Below, in pieces: positions 11,764 through 20,818 of a stretch of 64,000 bases of DNA. This DNA is from an uncultured Chloroflexia bacterium (GTDB taxonomy: Bacteria; Chloroflexota; Limnocylindria; Limnocylindrales; CSP1-4), in NCBI GenBank assembly GCA_963752475.1, contig CAVVYR010000006.1, positions 224,001 to 288,000 on the forward strand, in the 5' to 3' direction. The notes beneath the pieces were generated by a model. It saw only the letters and a program-made list of their open reading frames with translations, did not search any database and was not told the DNA's origin. Positions within the stretch are counted from its first letter, which is position 1. Each line of letters opens with the position of its first letter. The translations under genes and the position numbers were made by a program.

Positions 11764-13116
11764 ATGACGCAGATCGCCATCCGCCCCGCTACCGAGACCA
11801 CCGACACCGCACCGGCCCCCATCGGGGGCAGCACGTCGACCACGACCGACCAGAGCTTCACTCCCGGCTACACCGGTCTGCGCTGTCGCGCCTGCGGTAC
11901 CGAGGCCGCTGACGGCCCGGTCTTCGTGTGCAGCCGATGCTTCGGTCCGCTCGAGCCGCAGTACGACCTCGACGGCATCCGACGGCGCCTCACCCGCGAG
12001 ATCATCGACGCTCGCGATCCCGATATCTGGCGCTGGGCGGAGCTGCTGCCGATCACCGAGCTCCCGACCACCGGCCTCCACGTGGGCCAGTCGCCGCTGA
12101 CCGATGCGCCCCGCCTCGCCGCGCGCATCGGCCTCGACAGGCTCTGGGTCAAGGACGACTCGCGCAACCCCTCGCTCTCGTTCAAGGACCGCCCGGTCTC
12201 GATCGCCGCGGCCCGGGCCAAGGCCTGGGGCTACCACACGCTCGCCTGTGCCTCGACGGGCAACCTCTCGGCCGCCGTGGCCGCGGCGGCTGCTGCTCAC
12301 GGACTGCGCTCGGTCGTCTTCATCCCCGCGGACCTGGAGCCGGCCAAGATCGCGCAGGCCCGCGCGCTCGGCGCCACCGTCGTTCGTGTCGACGGGCCCT
12401 ATGACGACGTCAACCGCCTGTGCCTGGAGCTGACCGACGAGCTCGAAGGATGGGCCGTCCTCAACGTCAACCTGCGCCCGTTCTACGCCGAGGGTTCCAA
12501 GACCATCGCCTTCGAGATCGCTCGGCAACTGGGCTGGCGAGCGCCTGATGCGCTGGTGGCGCCACTGGCCAGCGGGTCCATGTACACCAAGCTCGACCGC
12601 GGCTTCGCCGAGCTGACCGAGACGGGCCTGCTGCACGAGGCAGCGGTGCGCTTCTTCGGTGGCCAGGCCACCGGATGCGGCCCCATCGCCAGCGCCTTCG
12701 AGGCCGGTCAGGACGTCGTGCGCCCGGTCGAGAAGCCGGACACCATCGTGCGCTCGCTGGCCATCGGCTCCCCGGCTGACGGTGGCTACGCCATCAAGCA
12801 GGCTCGTGCGAGCGGCGCGGCCATCCTTGGCGTCGAAGACGAGGCCACCATCGACAGCATCCGCCTGTTGGCCGAGACCGAGGGCATCCTCACCGAGACC
12901 GCCGGCGGCGTGACCCTGGCCGCGCTGCGCCGAGCCATCGACGAGGGCCACATCCAGCGCCAAGAGGAGGCCGTGCTGGTCATCACCGGCAACGGCATCA
13001 AGACGCTCGATGTCCTTGCGAACGACGACGCCAACACGTTGCCCGAGCCCATCGCACCCAGCTTCGACGCCTTCGAGGAGTGGTGGCGGAACACGGCCGA
13101 GGAAGCGGCCGCTTGA
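11764..13116 (+). CDS. thrC: Threonine synthase-family PLP enzyme with N-terminal Zn ribbon; possibly O-phosphohomoserine sulfhydrylase
   Basis: CRAC...CSRC, NPSLSFKDR (PLP Lys), CASTGN, EGSKT, VITGNGIK. Confidence 0.85.
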   Translation: MTQIAIRPATETTDTAPAPIGGSTSTTTDQSFTPGYTGLRCRACGTEAADGPVFVCSRCFGPLEPQYDLDGIRRRLTREIIDARDPDIWRWAELLPITELPTTGLHVGQSPLTDAPRLAARIGLDRLWVKDDSRNPSLSFKDRPVSIAAARAKAWGYHTLACASTGNLSAAVAAAAAAHGLRSVVFIPADLEPAKIAQARALGATVVRVDGPYDDVNRLCLELTDELEGWAVLNVNLRPFYAEGSKTIAFEIARQLGWRAPDALVAPLASGSMYTKLDRGFAELTETGLLHEAAVRFFGGQATGCGPIASAFEAGQDVVRPVEKPDTIVRSLAIGSPADGGYAIKQARASGAAILGVEDEATIDSIRLLAETEGILTETAGGVTLAALRRAIDEGHIQRQEEAVLVITGNGIKTLDVLANDDANTLPEPIAPSFDAFEEWWRNTAEEAAA

Positions 13117-13159
13117 CTCCCGCCGGGGGCGGCGGCGCATCGGCGTCTCCCGAGCTGAC

Positions 13160-13188
13160 TTGACGTCGCCGCCCGACTCCGCGACACT
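13160..13188 (+). promoter_or_regulatory. Sigma70-type promoter of the dap operon leader
   Basis: TTGACG-17 nt-GACACT. Confidence 0.6.
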
Positions 13189-13198
13189 ACGCCGCGGA

Positions 13199-13261
13199 AT
13201 GACTCATCTGTATCTTCTCAAGCCGAAGCCCACGCGGCCCTGCCTGGAGGCAGTGGCCTAG
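13199..13261 (+). CDS. Candidate 20-aa attenuator leader peptide MTHLYLLKPKPTRPCLEAVA (Lys8, Lys10)
   Basis: Follows promoter, precedes lysine operon; codons 12-17 complementary to terminator 5' arm. Confidence 0.75.
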   Translation: MTHLYLLKPKPTRPCLEAVA

Positions 13262-13307
13262 ACGGCTTCGCTCGGGAAACCGACTCGGGGCCGCTAGGCC
13301 GGCTCCG

Positions 13308-13350
13308 AGGGCCGCAGACACCGACCAGGGTGACTGCGGTCTTTTTGTTT
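13308..13350 (+). terminator. Intrinsic attenuator terminator before dapB
   Basis: AGGGCCGCAG-A-CACC / GGTG-A-CTGCGGTCTT stem followed by TTTGTTT. Confidence 0.8.
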
Positions 13351-13417
13351 GGCTCGGAGCCAGCTCAGCCGTCTCGTCGGATCGATCACCCAGCCACGAC
13401 GAGGAACCACACCTACG

Positions 13418-14170
13418 ATGCGAGCACTCATCACCGGCAGCGGCAACATGGGCCGTGCCATCGCCAGCGGCCTCGAGGCGCGCGGTGACGACGTGGCGGC
13501 CACGGCCGGCCGCGAGACCGGCTATCCCGCGGCCGCGGAGATCGGCGCCGTCGATGTCGCCTTCGAGTTCAGCCATGACTCCACCCTGCTCGAGCACATC
13601 GACCTGGGGCTCGCCACGGGCTGTCGTGCCTTCGTCGTGGGCACCACCGGCTGGAGTGCCGCTGACGAGATCGGCCAGGCCTTCGCGGCTCGCCTCAGCG
13701 AGAACGGTGCCCGTGCCGTGGTGGCTCCGACGTATAGCCTCGCCGCGGTCCTCTTCGGCGACATCAGCGAGTACGCTGCCCGCCTCTTCGGCGGCTTCGG
13801 CGACTATGACCCCTATCTCTTCGAGCAGCATCGCGCGGCCAAGGCCGACCGACCCTCTGGCACCGCCCTCGCGGTGGCCAACCGCCTGGTCCCACACCTC
13901 AAGGCGAAGCGCGAGGCGCGCCTGGCCACCGACGCGGGCGCGCCCGATCCCGAGGTGTTGGAGATCGTGGCCCTGCGAGCCGGCAGCCACCCGGGCATGC
14001 ACACCGTCGGGTTCGACGGCCCGGGTGAATCGTTGCAGGTCAAGGTCGAAGCCCGAGACCGCTCGGCCTACGTGGCCGGGGCCATCCTCAGCGCCGACTT
14101 CCTCATCGAGCAGCCAGACCGCACCGGCATCACCGCCTTCACCGACCTGGTCCACGAACGGACCGCCTGA
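13418..14170 (+). CDS. dapB: 4-hydroxy-tetrahydrodipicolinate reductase
   Basis: GSGNMG, VVGTTG, EQHRAAKADRPSGTA. Confidence 0.9.
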   Translation: MRALITGSGNMGRAIASGLEARGDDVAATAGRETGYPAAAEIGAVDVAFEFSHDSTLLEHIDLGLATGCRAFVVGTTGWSAADEIGQAFAARLSENGARAVVAPTYSLAAVLFGDISEYAARLFGGFGDYDPYLFEQHRAAKADRPSGTALAVANRLVPHLKAKREARLATDAGAPDPEVLEIVALRAGSHPGMHTVGFDGPGESLQVKVEARDRSAYVAGAILSADFLIEQPDRTGITAFTDLVHERTA

Positions 14171-14205
14171 GCAAACGAAACGACATCACCGAAAGGGACG
14201 ATCCC

Positions 14206-15126
14206 ATGAGCAACCCCATCTTCAGCGGTGCCATCACCGCCCTCGTCACACCCATGAACGCCGACGGCTCGCTCGACGAGGAGACCCTCGTGGCCATGGT
14301 CGAGCGCCAGATCGACGCCGGCATCAACGGCCTCGTGCCGGTGGGCACGACCGGTGAGTCGCCGACGCTCTCGGCCGAGGAGGACCAGCGCGTCATCGAG
14401 CTGACCATCGAGACCGTGCGGCGCCGTGGCGTGGCCGAGACCACGCCCGTCATCGCCGGCACCGGCTCCAACGTGACCCAGCACGCCATCGAGTACACCG
14501 AAGCCGCCATGCGCCTCGGTGCCGATGCCGCACTGGTGGTCTCGCCCTACTACAACAAGCCCGACCAACGGATGCTCGAGGCCCACTACCGCACCGTGGC
14601 TGACGTGGGCCTGCCGGTGGTGGTCTACAACGTCCCCGGCCGCACTGGTGGCAACGTCGCTCCCGCCACCCTCATGCGCCTCGCCGAGCACGAGAACATC
14701 GTGGCTGTGAAGGAAGCCTCGGGCAACATGGAGCAGATCATGACCATCGTGCGTGATCGGCCCGACGGCTTCGCGGTCCTTTCCGGTGACGACAGCTGGA
14801 CCCTGCCGATCATGGGCGTGGGCGGCGATGGCGTCATCTCGGTGGCCTCCAACGAGGTGCCCCAGGTGATGGTCGAGCTCTGTGCCGCCGCGGCTCGTGG
14901 TGACATGCAGACCGCCTGGGATATCCACTACCGCTATCTGGAACTGATGCGGGTGAACTTCATCACCACCAGCCCGGCGCCGGTCAAGGCGGCCATGGCC
15001 GAGATGGGCCTCATCACCGACGCCCTGCGCATGCCCATGATGACCCTCGACGAGGCCAACCGGGCCCGCGTGCGCGAGGTCCTGGCCGACCTCGATCTGC
15101 TGCCAACGGCCGAGGCTGCTGCATGA
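14206..15126 (+). CDS. dapA: 4-hydroxy-tetrahydrodipicolinate synthase
   Basis: GTTGES, PYYNKP, YNVPGRT, AVKEA. Confidence 0.96.
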   Translation: MSNPIFSGAITALVTPMNADGSLDEETLVAMVERQIDAGINGLVPVGTTGESPTLSAEEDQRVIELTIETVRRRGVAETTPVIAGTGSNVTQHAIEYTEAAMRLGADAALVVSPYYNKPDQRMLEAHYRTVADVGLPVVVYNVPGRTGGNVAPATLMRLAEHENIVAVKEASGNMEQIMTIVRDRPDGFAVLSGDDSWTLPIMGVGGDGVISVASNEVPQVMVELCAAAARGDMQTAWDIHYRYLELMRVNFITTSPAPVKAAMAEMGLITDALRMPMMTLDEANRARVREVLADLDLLPTAEAAA

Positions 15127-16092
15127 TCGCCGACGCCACGTCCGAGCCGAACGATCCGCGGGGGCCGGCAGCCACCGACTCCCACGTGGCTGCCGCCTCG
15201 TCTGCCCTGGCCGCGCGCATCGCCGCCCTTGACGCGGCCTGGGCCGCAAGCCGCCGGCTCCCCGAGTGAGGACCTCATCGCCGAGGTCCGCGTGGTCGTG
15301 GAGGAGCTGGTGGCGGCGCTCGAGGCCGGCGAGGTCCGTGCGGCCACGCCTGACGCCGGCATCGATGGTGGCTGGCGCGTGGACCCCTGGGTCAAGACCG
15401 GCATCCTCATGGGCTTCCGCCTGCCCGGCATGACCGACCTGCGTGATGGACCGATCCTGGCCGCGCGCGACAAGGCCGCCTACGGGCTGCTCGATCTGCT
15501 CGATAGCGACGCCGCGAACGCGGCCTCGGCCGCCGGGGCTCCGTGGCGCGTGGTGCCGGGCGGCTCAGCCGTCCGCAGCGGCGTGCACCTGGAGCCCGGC
15601 GTGACCATCATGCCGCCGTCCTACGCCAACATCGGTGCCTGGGTCGGCCGCGGCACGATGATCGACTCCCACGTGCTCGTGGGCTCGTGCGCCCAGATCG
15701 GGGAGGACGTGCACCTCTCGGCTGCGGTCCAGATCGGCGGTGTGCTCGAACCCGCCGGCGCACGTCCGGTCATCGTCGAGGATGGTGCCTTCGTCGGCGG
15801 TCAGGCGGGCCTCTACGAGGGCGTCACCATCAGTCGTGGTGCCGTCATCGGCGCGGGCACGATCGTCACCGGCCAGAGCCGGGTCGTCGACCTCGTCCAC
15901 GGCCGCGAGCTGCGCGGGACGGCTGAAGCGCCGGTGGTGATCCCGCCCGACGCGGTCGTCGTTCCGGGCACGCGCCCGGCCGGCTCCGATCTCGCACGTG
16001 AGCAGGGCCTGTCGGTCTCGGTGCCGCTCATCGTCAAGTACCGAGATGCCGGCACGAACGCACGGGTGGCTCTGGAGGACGCGCTGCGGTGA
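15123..16092 (+). CDS. dapD: Tetrahydrodipicolinate N-succinyltransferase with apparent +1 frameshift near 15248
   Basis: WVKTGIL, VGSCAQIG, hexapeptide repeats; ATG 15123 coupled to dapA stop reads in a different frame from the gene body. Confidence 0.85.
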
Positions 16093-17357
16093 ACGCCGTT
16101 GCAGCGTCGATCGCGGTCGGGGCGACCGTCGCCGGCCTCGACCCCGCGGCGCTGACCGCGGAGTGGGGGAGCCCGCTCTTCGTCTACGACGCCGAGGTGC
16201 TGCGCTCACGGGCGGCCGCCCTGCAGGCTGCCCTGCCCCAGACGGCGGACGTGGCGTTCGCGTGCAAGGCCAACGGCTCGCCCGTGGTGCTGCGTACGCT
16301 GGCCCAGGCCGGGCTGGGCGTCGACGTCGCCTCCGGCGGTGAGCTGCGTGCAGCGCTGCGGGCCGGCTTCGATCCTGCCCACATCGTCTTCACGGGCCCG
16401 GGCAAGACCGATGCCGAGCTGGCCGAAGCACTCGATGCCGGTGTTGGAGCGCTGACGCTCGAGTCGCTCGAGGAGCTGGACGTCGTGGTCGGCTTCGCTG
16501 GGATCGCGAAGGCGGGCCAGGGCTTGATGCTGCGGCTGGCCACCGAAGGGGAGGCCGAAGGGCTGCCCATCATCAGCGCACCCGGCAACGTCAAGTTCGG
16601 GCTCACCGACGCCGAGGCCGAATCGGCCGTCGCCTCCATGCGCGAGGCTGGAGCGCTGGCGCCCGAGGGCCCCTTCGTGCTGCGTGGCTTCCACGCCTTC
16701 GGCGCCTCCAACGTTCGCGATGCCGCCGTGCTCGTCGAGGCTGCTGCCGACCTCGCCGCTCGCGCGGAGCCCATCGCCGCGCGTCATGGGATCGAGCTCG
16801 AGCTGCTCGACATGGGTGGCGGCCTCGGTATCCCCTATGCCCACGATGAGACGCCGCTCGACATCGCGGGACTCGGTGCGGGGCTGGCCGCGGAGATGCG
16901 CTCGTGGGCCGACCGCCCGGCCTTGCGTGAAGCCCGGTTGCTACTGGAGCCCGGCCGGTGGCTGGCCGGACCTGCCGGTGCCTACCTCTGCCGCGTCACG
17001 CGTACCAAGGAGCGTGGCGGTCGGGTCGTGGCCATCAGCGATGGCGGCATCCACCACCTGCTACGCCCGCGCCTGGTGGGCCAGGACCACCGCGTCGTGC
17101 CCGTCGGTGAGGCAGCCGCTCGTGAGGCGGACGTCGAGGTCGATCTCGTCGGGCCGCTCTGCACCGGTATCGACATCCTGGCCTCGGCCGTGCCCTCGCC
17201 GCGCCCCGCAGCAGGGGACCACTATGCCGTCCTCGATGCCGGCGCCTACGGCTACAGCGAGTCGATGCCGCTCTTCCTGGCGCACCCGACCCCGGCCGAG
17301 ATCGTCATCAGCGACGGCGCCGCCACTGTCTCCCGCGACCGCATCGAACCGGAGTGA
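16089..17357 (+). CDS. lysA: Diaminopimelate decarboxylase family
   Basis: FACKAN, DVASGGE, DMGGGLG, EPGR, GPLC, GAYG; last gene of dap operon. Confidence 0.88.
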   Translation: MNAVAASIAVGATVAGLDPAALTAEWGSPLFVYDAEVLRSRAAALQAALPQTADVAFACKANGSPVVLRTLAQAGLGVDVASGGELRAALRAGFDPAHIVFTGPGKTDAELAEALDAGVGALTLESLEELDVVVGFAGIAKAGQGLMLRLATEGEAEGLPIISAPGNVKFGLTDAEAESAVASMREAGALAPEGPFVLRGFHAFGASNVRDAAVLVEAAADLAARAEPIAARHGIELELLDMGGGLGIPYAHDETPLDIAGLGAGLAAEMRSWADRPALREARLLLEPGRWLAGPAGAYLCRVTRTKERGGRVVAISDGGIHHLLRPRLVGQDHRVVPVGEAAAREADVEVDLVGPLCTGIDILASAVPSPRPAAGDHYAVLDAGAYGYSESMPLFLAHPTPAEIVISDGAATVSRDRIEPE

Positions 17358-17398
17358 TGCGCGTACGCATGAGGACATGCGCTCACGCATGATACGCT
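17357..17398 (+). promoter_or_regulatory. vapBC promoter with alternating CATGCG/CGCATG operator array
   Basis: ATGCG-cgta-CGCATG-agga-CATGCG-ctca-CGCATG, then TACGCT -10 six nt before ATG. Confidence 0.6.
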
Positions 17399-17404
17399 GC
17401 GGCC

Positions 17405-17650
17405 ATGCCGAAGACCATCCAGATCCGAGACGTTGACGATGCCGTCTATGCCGGGCTGGCCAAGCGTGCGGCCGAGGCGGGTGTGACGGTGCCCGAGCTG
17501 CTGCGTCGCGAAGCAGCCCGCATCGCTTCGCGGCCGACATTGGATGAGTGGCTCGAGCGTACGAGGCGCCGCCCGTCGGGGATCACGCCCGAAGAGGTCG
17601 TGGCGGCGCTGGATGAGTCACGTGGGCCATGGCCCGATGCTGGTCGTTGA
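17405..17650 (+). CDS. RHH antitoxin (VapB/FitA-like)
   Basis: KTIQIRDVDD...LAKRAAEAG RHH pattern; overlaps PIN gene. Confidence 0.85.
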   Translation: MPKTIQIRDVDDAVYAGLAKRAAEAGVTVPELLRREAARIASRPTLDEWLERTRRRPSGITPEEVVAALDESRGPWPDAGR

Positions 17651-18035
17651 CGCGTCGTGTCTGTACGAGGTCGTGGCTGACGGCACCAAGGGCGAGGTGG
17701 CTCGAGCGCGGATGCGGTCGGACCCGGAACTCGCAGCGCCGCACCTCGTGGATGCCGAGGTCCTCGGAGTGATCCGGCGCGACCTGATGCTGGGCCGGAT
17801 CGACCCGACCACTGCCCACCAGGCTGTCGAGGATCTGCGCGACTGGCCCGGGGAGCGCTTCGATCATCGCGTATTGATGACGCGTGCATGGGGGTTGCGA
17901 GATCGCATTCGCACGTGGGACGCGTTCTATGTCGCGCTGGCCGAGGCGTTGGACGCAACGCTCCTGACGTTCGACCAGAGGCTAGCGCGTGCCGTGGACT
18001 CGCACTGCCACGTGGAGGTGCCTGGCGACTACTGA
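17637..18035 (+). CDS. vapC: PIN-domain toxin
   Basis: MLVVDAS, DAEV, DAFYVALAE, LLTFDQRL. Confidence 0.9.
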   Translation: MLVVDASCLYEVVADGTKGEVARARMRSDPELAAPHLVDAEVLGVIRRDLMLGRIDPTTAHQAVEDLRDWPGERFDHRVLMTRAWGLRDRIRTWDAFYVALAEALDATLLTFDQRLARAVDSHCHVEVPGDY

Positions 18036-19456
18036 GCCTCGCTGCTCGCCAGGCGCTCCATGGCGGCGTCGAGCTCGGCGTGGACACGGTCGGGGGCGGT
18101 CCCGCCGATGACGTCTGGCCGCGCCAGTGCGTTCTCGAGCTTGGCCGCCGTGCGTAGCTCTCCGGCGACCTCCGGATCCGAAGCGGCGCGCTGGGCCAGG
18201 GGATCGGCAGAGGAGGACAGGACCTCGGCGATGTCGCGATCCGACAGCTCGGTCAACTCCATCTTCGCGGCCTCCGCGCGCGCGACCAGCGAGCCCACGA
18301 TGTGATGGCCCTCGCGGAAGGGCACGCCCAGCTCCACGAGTGCGTCCGCGACGGCCGTGGCGGTGGTGTGGCCGGTGCTCGCCGCGGCCAGCATGCGGGC
18401 TTCATCGACGTGCAGCGTGGCCACCATGCCGGCCATCACGTCGAGCGATGACTCGAGCGTGGCCAGCGCGTCGACGAGGGGCGGCTTGTCCTCCTGCAGG
18501 TCGCGCTGATAGCCACCGGGGATGCCCTTGAGCATCGTGAGCACAGTGACCAGCTGGCCGCTGACGCGAGCGGTGCGGCCGCGGATGAGCTCGGCCGGGT
18601 CGGGGTTTCGCTTGTTGGGCATCATCGATGAGCCGGTGGACCAGGCGTCGTCGGGCCGGATGAAGCCGAAGTTGGGGTTGGTCCACCACACGATCTCCTC
18701 GGCCAGTCGCGAGAGGTGGGCCATGGTCAGGGCGGCGGCGCCGATGGTCTCGACGACCGGATCACGGTCGCCGACCGCGTCGATGGAGTTGTGCGTCACG
18801 CCCTCGAAGCCGAGTGACGCGGCCGTGGACTCACGGTCGAGCCGGAAGCCGGCGCCGGCCAGGGCCCCGGATCCCAGCGGCGAGAGCGAGGCCCGGCGGA
18901 GCGCGTCGGCGAAACGCCCGCGGTCACGCTCGAGCATCTCGACATAGGCCAGCAGGTGGTGGGCGAAGAGGACCGGTTGAGCCGGCTGCACGTGCGTGTG
19001 GCCCGGCATGATCGCGTCGCGATGGTCGTCAGCGAGCCCCACGAGCGCCCGCTCGAGCCCCACGATCGAGCCGTCGATGTCGCCGATCCGGCGGCGCAGG
19101 TAGAGCCGCAGGTCGGTCGCGACCTGGTCGTTGCGCGAGCGACCGGTGTGAAGCTTGCCCGCCACGGGCCCGATACGGCGGGTCAGCTCCATCTCCACGT
19201 TCATGTGGATGTCTTCGTGGGCCGGATCCCACTCGATGGCGCCGTCGCGCACATCGGCCTCGATGGCACGGAGGCCGTCGGCGATGGCCTGGGTCTCCTC
19301 TGGCGTCAGCAGGCCGGCCCGCTGCAGGCCCTCGACATGGGCGATCGAGCCGGCGATGTCTTCGTTCGCCAGCTCGACATCGACCTCGATGGAGCGCCCG
19401 AAGTCGGCCGCGTTCGCATCCGGTTCCGCTGCGAAGCGGCCACCCCAGGCCTTCAT
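18029..19456 (-). CDS. argH: Argininosuccinate lyase
   Basis: WGGRF, GRSRNDQ, GSSMMPNKRNPD. Confidence 0.96.
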   Translation of the reverse strand: MKAWGGRFAAEPDANAADFGRSIEVDVELANEDIAGSIAHVEGLQRAGLLTPEETQAIADGLRAIEADVRDGAIEWDPAHEDIHMNVEMELTRRIGPVAGKLHTGRSRNDQVATDLRLYLRRRIGDIDGSIVGLERALVGLADDHRDAIMPGHTHVQPAQPVLFAHHLLAYVEMLERDRGRFADALRRASLSPLGSGALAGAGFRLDRESTAASLGFEGVTHNSIDAVGDRDPVVETIGAAALTMAHLSRLAEEIVWWTNPNFGFIRPDDAWSTGSSMMPNKRNPDPAELIRGRTARVSGQLVTVLTMLKGIPGGYQRDLQEDKPPLVDALATLESSLDVMAGMVATLHVDEARMLAAASTGHTTATAVADALVELGVPFREGHHIVGSLVARAEAAKMELTELSDRDIAEVLSSSADPLAQRAASDPEVAGELRTAAKLENALARPDVIGGTAPDRVHAELDAAMERLASSEAQ

Positions 19457-19459
19457 CGG

Positions 19460-20716
19460 CTAGGCCTTGGCGTCGGCCAGCTCGACGGGGAGCTCGCCCA
19501 ACATCGGCTCGGTCCAGGTCCAGGCCAATTCGTGACGGGCGGCCTCGGTCCGCAGCGGCAGACCGAAGATCTTGATGAAGCCGACAGCAGCGGCATGGTC
19601 GTAGGCATCATCCGCATCGTACGTCGCGAGGGTGCGGTCATACAGCGAGTCGTCACTGCGGCGACCGACGACGTAGGCGTTGCCCTTCTCCAGGCGCATG
19701 CGCACCTGGCCGTTGACCACGCGCTGGCTCGAGCGCACGTACTCCCGCAGGTCGCGATGGAGGGCGCTGAACCAGATGCCGTCGTACGTGGCCTGGGCCG
19801 TCTCGTCGGCCACGAGCCGGTTGAAGCGCAGTTGCTCCTTGCTGAAGGTCAGGCCCTCGAGCGAGGCATGCGCGGTGTGCAGGATGGTGGCCGCGGGGGT
19901 CTCGTAGATCTCACGGCTCTTGATGCCCACCAGGCGGTCTTCGACGTGGTCGATGCGGCCGACGCCGTGCACCCCTCCGATGTCGTGCACGCGCTGCACC
20001 AGCTCGACCGGGCCGAGGGCCTCACCATCGAGCGAGACGGGCACACCACCCTCGAAGCCGATGGTCAGCTCGGTCGGGATGTCGGGAGCGTCACCCGGAG
20101 CGACGGTCCACTCGTAGGCGTCGGCCGGCGGCGTCGTCCACGGATCCTCGAGCACGCCGGTCTCACAGGAGCGGCCCCAGAGGTTGACATCGATGGAGTA
20201 CGGCGACTCCTTGGTGATGGGGATGTCGATGCCGCGCGCGATGGCGTAGTCGATCTCCTCGTCGCGCGAGAGGCCCATGCCCACGCGCATCGGGGCCACG
20301 ACCTCGAGGCTGGGATCCAATGCGTGAACGGCTACGTCGAAGCGGACCTGGTCGTTGCCCTTGCCGGTGCAGCCATGGGCCACCGCATCGCAGCGCTCGC
20401 GGTCGGCGACCTCGACGAGCAGTTGGGCGATGAGCGGGCGAGCGAGCGCCGTGGCCAGCGGGTACACGCCCTGGTAGAGCGCGTTCGCCTGCAGGCTGGG
20501 CCACACGAACTGGCGGATGAAACGGTCACGACCATCGATGACGTAGGCACGGCTGGCGCCAGCGGCCAGCGCGCGCTCGGCCACGCTCTCGCGCAGCGAC
20601 TCACCACCGAGGTCGACCGTCAGGGTCACGACCTCGGTGCCGTACTGCTCCTTGAGCCAGGCCACCGCGACCGATGTATCCAGCCCACCCGAATAGGCGA
20701 GCACGACCTTCTTCAC
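19460..20716 (-). CDS. argG: Argininosuccinate synthase
   Basis: GTG start with GGAGG SD; LAYSGGLDTS, HGCTGKGNDQVRF. Confidence 0.97.
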   Translation of the reverse strand: MKKVVLAYSGGLDTSVAVAWLKEQYGTEVVTLTVDLGGESLRESVAERALAAGASRAYVIDGRDRFIRQFVWPSLQANALYQGVYPLATALARPLIAQLLVEVADRERCDAVAHGCTGKGNDQVRFDVAVHALDPSLEVVAPMRVGMGLSRDEEIDYAIARGIDIPITKESPYSIDVNLWGRSCETGVLEDPWTTPPADAYEWTVAPGDAPDIPTELTIGFEGGVPVSLDGEALGPVELVQRVHDIGGVHGVGRIDHVEDRLVGIKSREIYETPAATILHTAHASLEGLTFSKEQLRFNRLVADETAQATYDGIWFSALHRDLREYVRSSQRVVNGQVRMRLEKGNAYVVGRRSDDSLYDRTLATYDADDAYDHAAAVGFIKIFGLPLRTEAARHELAWTWTEPMLGELPVELADAKA

Positions 20717-20744
20717 CTTGAACCTCCGAACCGGATCTGTTGGG

Positions 20745-20776
20745 CACGAAAGGCGCCCGACGCACGTCGGACGCCT
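20745..20776 (-). terminator. Terminator-like hairpin in argG 5' leader
   Basis: Minus strand AGGCGTCCGAC-GTGC-GTCGGGCGCCT then TTCGTG. Confidence 0.45.
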
Positions 20777-20818
20777 CTTGATGTGCGGATCACACAGCGC
20801 AGTCGCGGCTCCCTGTCC

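Noticed and set aside
13190-13417. Lysine riboswitch before dapB
   Set aside because: Too short for aptamer plus platform and lacks the AGAGG(T/C)GC start.
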